Origin: Alphaproteobacteria bacterium
Lineage (GTDB): Bacteria; Pseudomonadota; Alphaproteobacteria; JAAXGF01
Length of the DNA: 64,000 bases
Reading direction: 5' to 3'
Assembly: GCA_963555825.3 (NCBI GenBank)
Contig: CAUVXB020000002.1
Location: 1,600,001 to 1,664,000 of the forward strand
Under the pieces are notes generated by a model, which had not been told where the DNA came from, searched no databases, and saw nothing but the letters and a program-made list of their open reading frames with translations. Shown here in pieces: positions 61,311-64,000 of this stretch. A program made the translations under genes and the position numbers. Position 1 is the stretch's first letter. Each line of letters begins with the position of its first letter.

Positions 61311-61331
61311 TAGATGTCTATTAGATATCTA
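61311..61331. promoter_or_regulatory. Tandem palindromic operator upstream of the TA pair
   Basis: TAGATGTCTA-T-TAGATATCTA. Confidence 0.55.
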
Positions 61332-61357
61332 CAACATTCAGATTATGGCGGTCCGCT

Positions 61358-62233
61358 TTACGGCGTCGCCTTGTCGCCGGCGGGCCGCTCCTCGGCGTCG
61401 AGCGCGTCGGCCAGGCGCGCGCGCGCGCTGCCCGGCGCCAGCGGCTTCTGCTGCGTCTCGTGGGGCGCCCAGCCGGTCAGGAAGACGATCTGGAAGGTCG
61501 CCCGGATGCGGCCGTCCTGGTCGGCGTGGTTGGCGTGATAATGCTCGGCCATGGCCATCAGCGTAGCGCGCCGGGTGAAGCGCTTGCGTCGCTCGTTGGC
61601 CGCGTTGGTTTCGCCCATGCCGCGCAGCTCGCGCATCAGGGCGAAGGCGTCCGGGTAGCTCACCGTGATGCTGTCGAGGTCGACGACCGGCAGGGCGAAG
61701 CCGGCGCGCTGCAGCAAGGCGCCCGCGTCGCGCACGTCGACCAGCGGCGCGACGCGCGGGCTCGCGCCGCCTTCCTCGGCGATCTCGGCCGCCGCCCATG
61801 ACGCGCGCAGCTCGTGCAGCGTGTCGCCGCCGAACATGGCGGCCAGCAACAGGCCGTCGGGCTTGAGCGCGCGGCGGAGCTGCACCAGCGCGCCGGGCAG
61901 GTCGTTGACCCAGTGCAGCGACAGCAGGCTGACCGCCAGGTCGAAGGAAGCGTTGGCGAAGGGCAGCAGCGCCTCGTCGGCCGCGACCGGTCCGTGGTCG
62001 GCCACGGTGCCGCAGCGCAGCACGCGGCCGATGCCGCCGCGGCCCGCCGCCAGGGCAGCGTGATGGCCGAGATCGAGCGCGACGGGAAAACTGCGGCGCA
62101 CGTCGTCGAGCCGGCCGGCGAGCCGCTCGGCGATCTCGCGCACGAGAAAGTCGTGCGAGCCGAAGTCCGGCGCGGCGCGCGCGCGGTGGCGGCGCACCGC
62201 GGCGGGATCGAAGACGTCGATGGCGTCGCCCAT
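61358..62233 (-). CDS. SAM-dependent methyltransferase (BioC/NDUFAF5-like)
   Basis: DEALLPF, LSLHWVNDLPG, LLQRAGFALPVVD, ELRGMGE. Confidence 0.9.
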   Translation of the reverse strand: MGDAIDVFDPAAVRRHRARAAPDFGSHDFLVREIAERLAGRLDDVRRSFPVALDLGHHAALAAGRGGIGRVLRCGTVADHGPVAADEALLPFANASFDLAVSLLSLHWVNDLPGALVQLRRALKPDGLLLAAMFGGDTLHELRASWAAAEIAEEGGASPRVAPLVDVRDAGALLQRAGFALPVVDLDSITVSYPDAFALMRELRGMGETNAANERRKRFTRRATLMAMAEHYHANHADQDGRIRATFQIVFLTGWAPHETQQKPLAPGSARARLADALDAEERPAGDKATP

Positions 62234-62298
62234 GACGCCACTATAACCCGACGGCGCCGACGTGCTAAACGTCGCGCAGCGATACCGAAGGGGATGCC

Positions 62299-63513
62299 AT
62301 GGCGCGACGCATCGCGATCGTCGGCGGCGGGGTGATCGGCGCGAGTGTCGCCTGGCATCTGGCGGCGGCCGAGGCCGGCGAGATCGTGCTGGTCGAGCGC
62401 GCGACGCTTGGCGCCGGTTCGACCTGGCATTCGGCCGGCAACATCACCTGGTCGGCGCGCAACGACGGGCCGGTGCTGGCCACTCTCGAGGCGGCCGAGA
62501 CGGTTGCCCGCGAGGCCGACCAGGCGACCGGCTGGCTCAGGACCGGCCGTCTGTTCCTGGCGCGCAAGCCCGAGACGCTCGATGACTTTACCGATTCGAT
62601 GCGCATTGCCGAGCAACGCGGCTACGGATCGCGACTGCTCAGCCCCGCCGAGGCGGCGCGCCACCACCCGCTGCTCGATCCCGGCGCGATCGCCGGCGCC
62701 TGGCTCAACGGCCTGTCGGGCCGGCTCAACCCGGCCGACCTGACAGCGGCCTATGCGCGCGCGGCGCGCCGACGCGGCGTCGTGCTGCGCGAGGGCTGCA
62801 CGGTCACCGGCCTGGTAACCCGGGGCGGCCGCATCGCCGGGTTCGACACGGCCGACGGGCGCATCGATGCCGATGTCGTGGTCGTCGCCGCCGGGCTGTG
62901 GTCGCGCCGTTTCCTGGCCGGCGCCGGCGTCGCGCTGGCGCAGTGGGGCTGCGAGCATTTCTACCTCATCGCGCGGCCCGAACCGGCGCTCGCCCCGGCG
63001 ACGCCATCGTTCGTCTCGCCCGAGGATTCGATTTACGGTCGCGAGGAGATCGGCGGCATGCTCTACGGCTTCTTCGACGCCGACGCCAAGACGCTGGACG
63101 CCGGCGACGGCGCGCCGCCCGACAACTTTACCTTCTCGCTGCTCGACGAGGACTGGGACAAGATCGCGCCTTATGCAGAACGCGCGATGCAACTATTTCC
63201 GGCGCTCGAGCACGCGCCGGTCACGCGCTTCGTCAACGGCCCGGAGGCCTTCACGCCCGACGGCGAGCCGCTGGTCGGCCCGGTCGGTGGCATCGACGGG
63301 CTGTTCGTGGCGAGCGCCATGAACTCGGCGGGCGTCACGCTCTCGGGCCTCGCCGGGCGTCTCATCGCAGATGCCGTGACCGGCGCGAAACCACGTCTCG
63401 ACCCCGCGCCCTATGCGGCCGACCGCTTCGGTGAGCGGGCGTCCGACGAGGCTTGGCTGCGCGCGGCGGTCACCCAGACCCCGAGCAGCCACTACCGGTT
63501 CAGCCAAACGTAA
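62299..63513 (+). CDS. FAD-dependent oxidoreductase (dimethylglycine/sarcosine dehydrogenase N-terminal type)
   Basis: GGGVIG, GSTWHSAG, NGPEAFTPDG, MNSAG. Confidence 0.88.
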   Translation: MARRIAIVGGGVIGASVAWHLAAAEAGEIVLVERATLGAGSTWHSAGNITWSARNDGPVLATLEAAETVAREADQATGWLRTGRLFLARKPETLDDFTDSMRIAEQRGYGSRLLSPAEAARHHPLLDPGAIAGAWLNGLSGRLNPADLTAAYARAARRRGVVLREGCTVTGLVTRGGRIAGFDTADGRIDADVVVVAAGLWSRRFLAGAGVALAQWGCEHFYLIARPEPALAPATPSFVSPEDSIYGREEIGGMLYGFFDADAKTLDAGDGAPPDNFTFSLLDEDWDKIAPYAERAMQLFPALEHAPVTRFVNGPEAFTPDGEPLVGPVGGIDGLFVASAMNSAGVTLSGLAGRLIADAVTGAKPRLDPAPYAADRFGERASDEAWLRAAVTQTPSSHYRFSQT

Positions 63514-63517
63514 CTAT

Positions 63518-63656
63518 TGTGCGGTCACCTTTGGTGACCTGCGCTCAATCGCCGCGCAAGCCAATCTTTATCCCACAAGGCCATTCTTGATCCCATAAGG
63601 ATTGGCCGAACGGTCGGCGGCCCCCCTCTTGTTGGGATAAGATTGGCGCGGGCTGG
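63518..63656 (+). repeat. Dispersed structured intergenic repeat, copy E (2 units at 63561-63600)
   Basis: Homologous to copies A-D; begins ~4 nt after the stop codon. Confidence 0.92.
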
Positions 63657-63724
63657 AAGTTTCAGTTCGAGCCTATATCAGGCGGAAGCCTTTGCTCTCG
63701 ATGAAAGCGTCGAAGTCGCCGCGC

Positions 63725-64000
63725 TCAATCGCCGTCGAGTGCGTAGAACCGATCCTCCCAGGCGCGCCGCTGGTGCTCGAGCCACGCCGCGGTGGCGCGC
63801 AGCCGATCGGGGTCGAGACGGCAGCGGTGCACGCGGCCGTCGCGTTCGCGCCTGATCAGCCCGGCGTGCTCGAGCAGCTTGAGGTGCTTGGAGACCGCCG
63901 GCAGCGACATGTCGAAGGGCGCCGCCAGCGCGCCGACCGTGGCGTCGCCCTCGGCGAGGCGCGCGAGAATGGCGCGCCGCGTCGCGTCGGCGAGCGCCGC
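63725..64000 (-). CDS. ArsR/SmtB family regulator (partial)
   Basis: ALADATRRAILARL..APFDMSLPAVSKHLKLLEHAGLI; 5' end outside the window. Confidence 0.88.
   Translation of the reverse strand, partial: AALADATRRAILARLAEGDATVGALAAPFDMSLPAVSKHLKLLEHAGLIRRERDGRVHRCRLDPDRLRATAAWLEHQRRAWEDRFYALDGD

Overview
High-GC alphaproteobacterial chromosome segment, probably Rhodospirillales-like. The evidence is core synteny: rluB..rsmD, DnaJ-cobS-cobT, corC-aroB-aroK / xerD..accA, and secA / argJ-GNAT-mutT. Accessory material includes a three-gene Co-type nitrile hydratase/thiocyanate hydrolase-like operon, a divergent orphan urocanase, and a BetI-regulated putative quaternary-amine catabolic cluster. Mobile elements are an IS pile-up (IS1182, IS110 stub, IS21 interrupted by an IS110 remnant), a passenger-carrying IS1595 and an IS630; there is also a TA-like module. 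Two signals stand out. (1) A ~120-200 bp structured non-coding element occurs five times, has no TIRs or TSDs, usually starts just after a stop codon, and carries 1-5 internal 20-bp tandem units. (2) Foreign segments are repeatedly flanked by long (90-100 bp) direct duplications of the target, including gene 3' ends. All calls come from reading the sequence; no searches were run.
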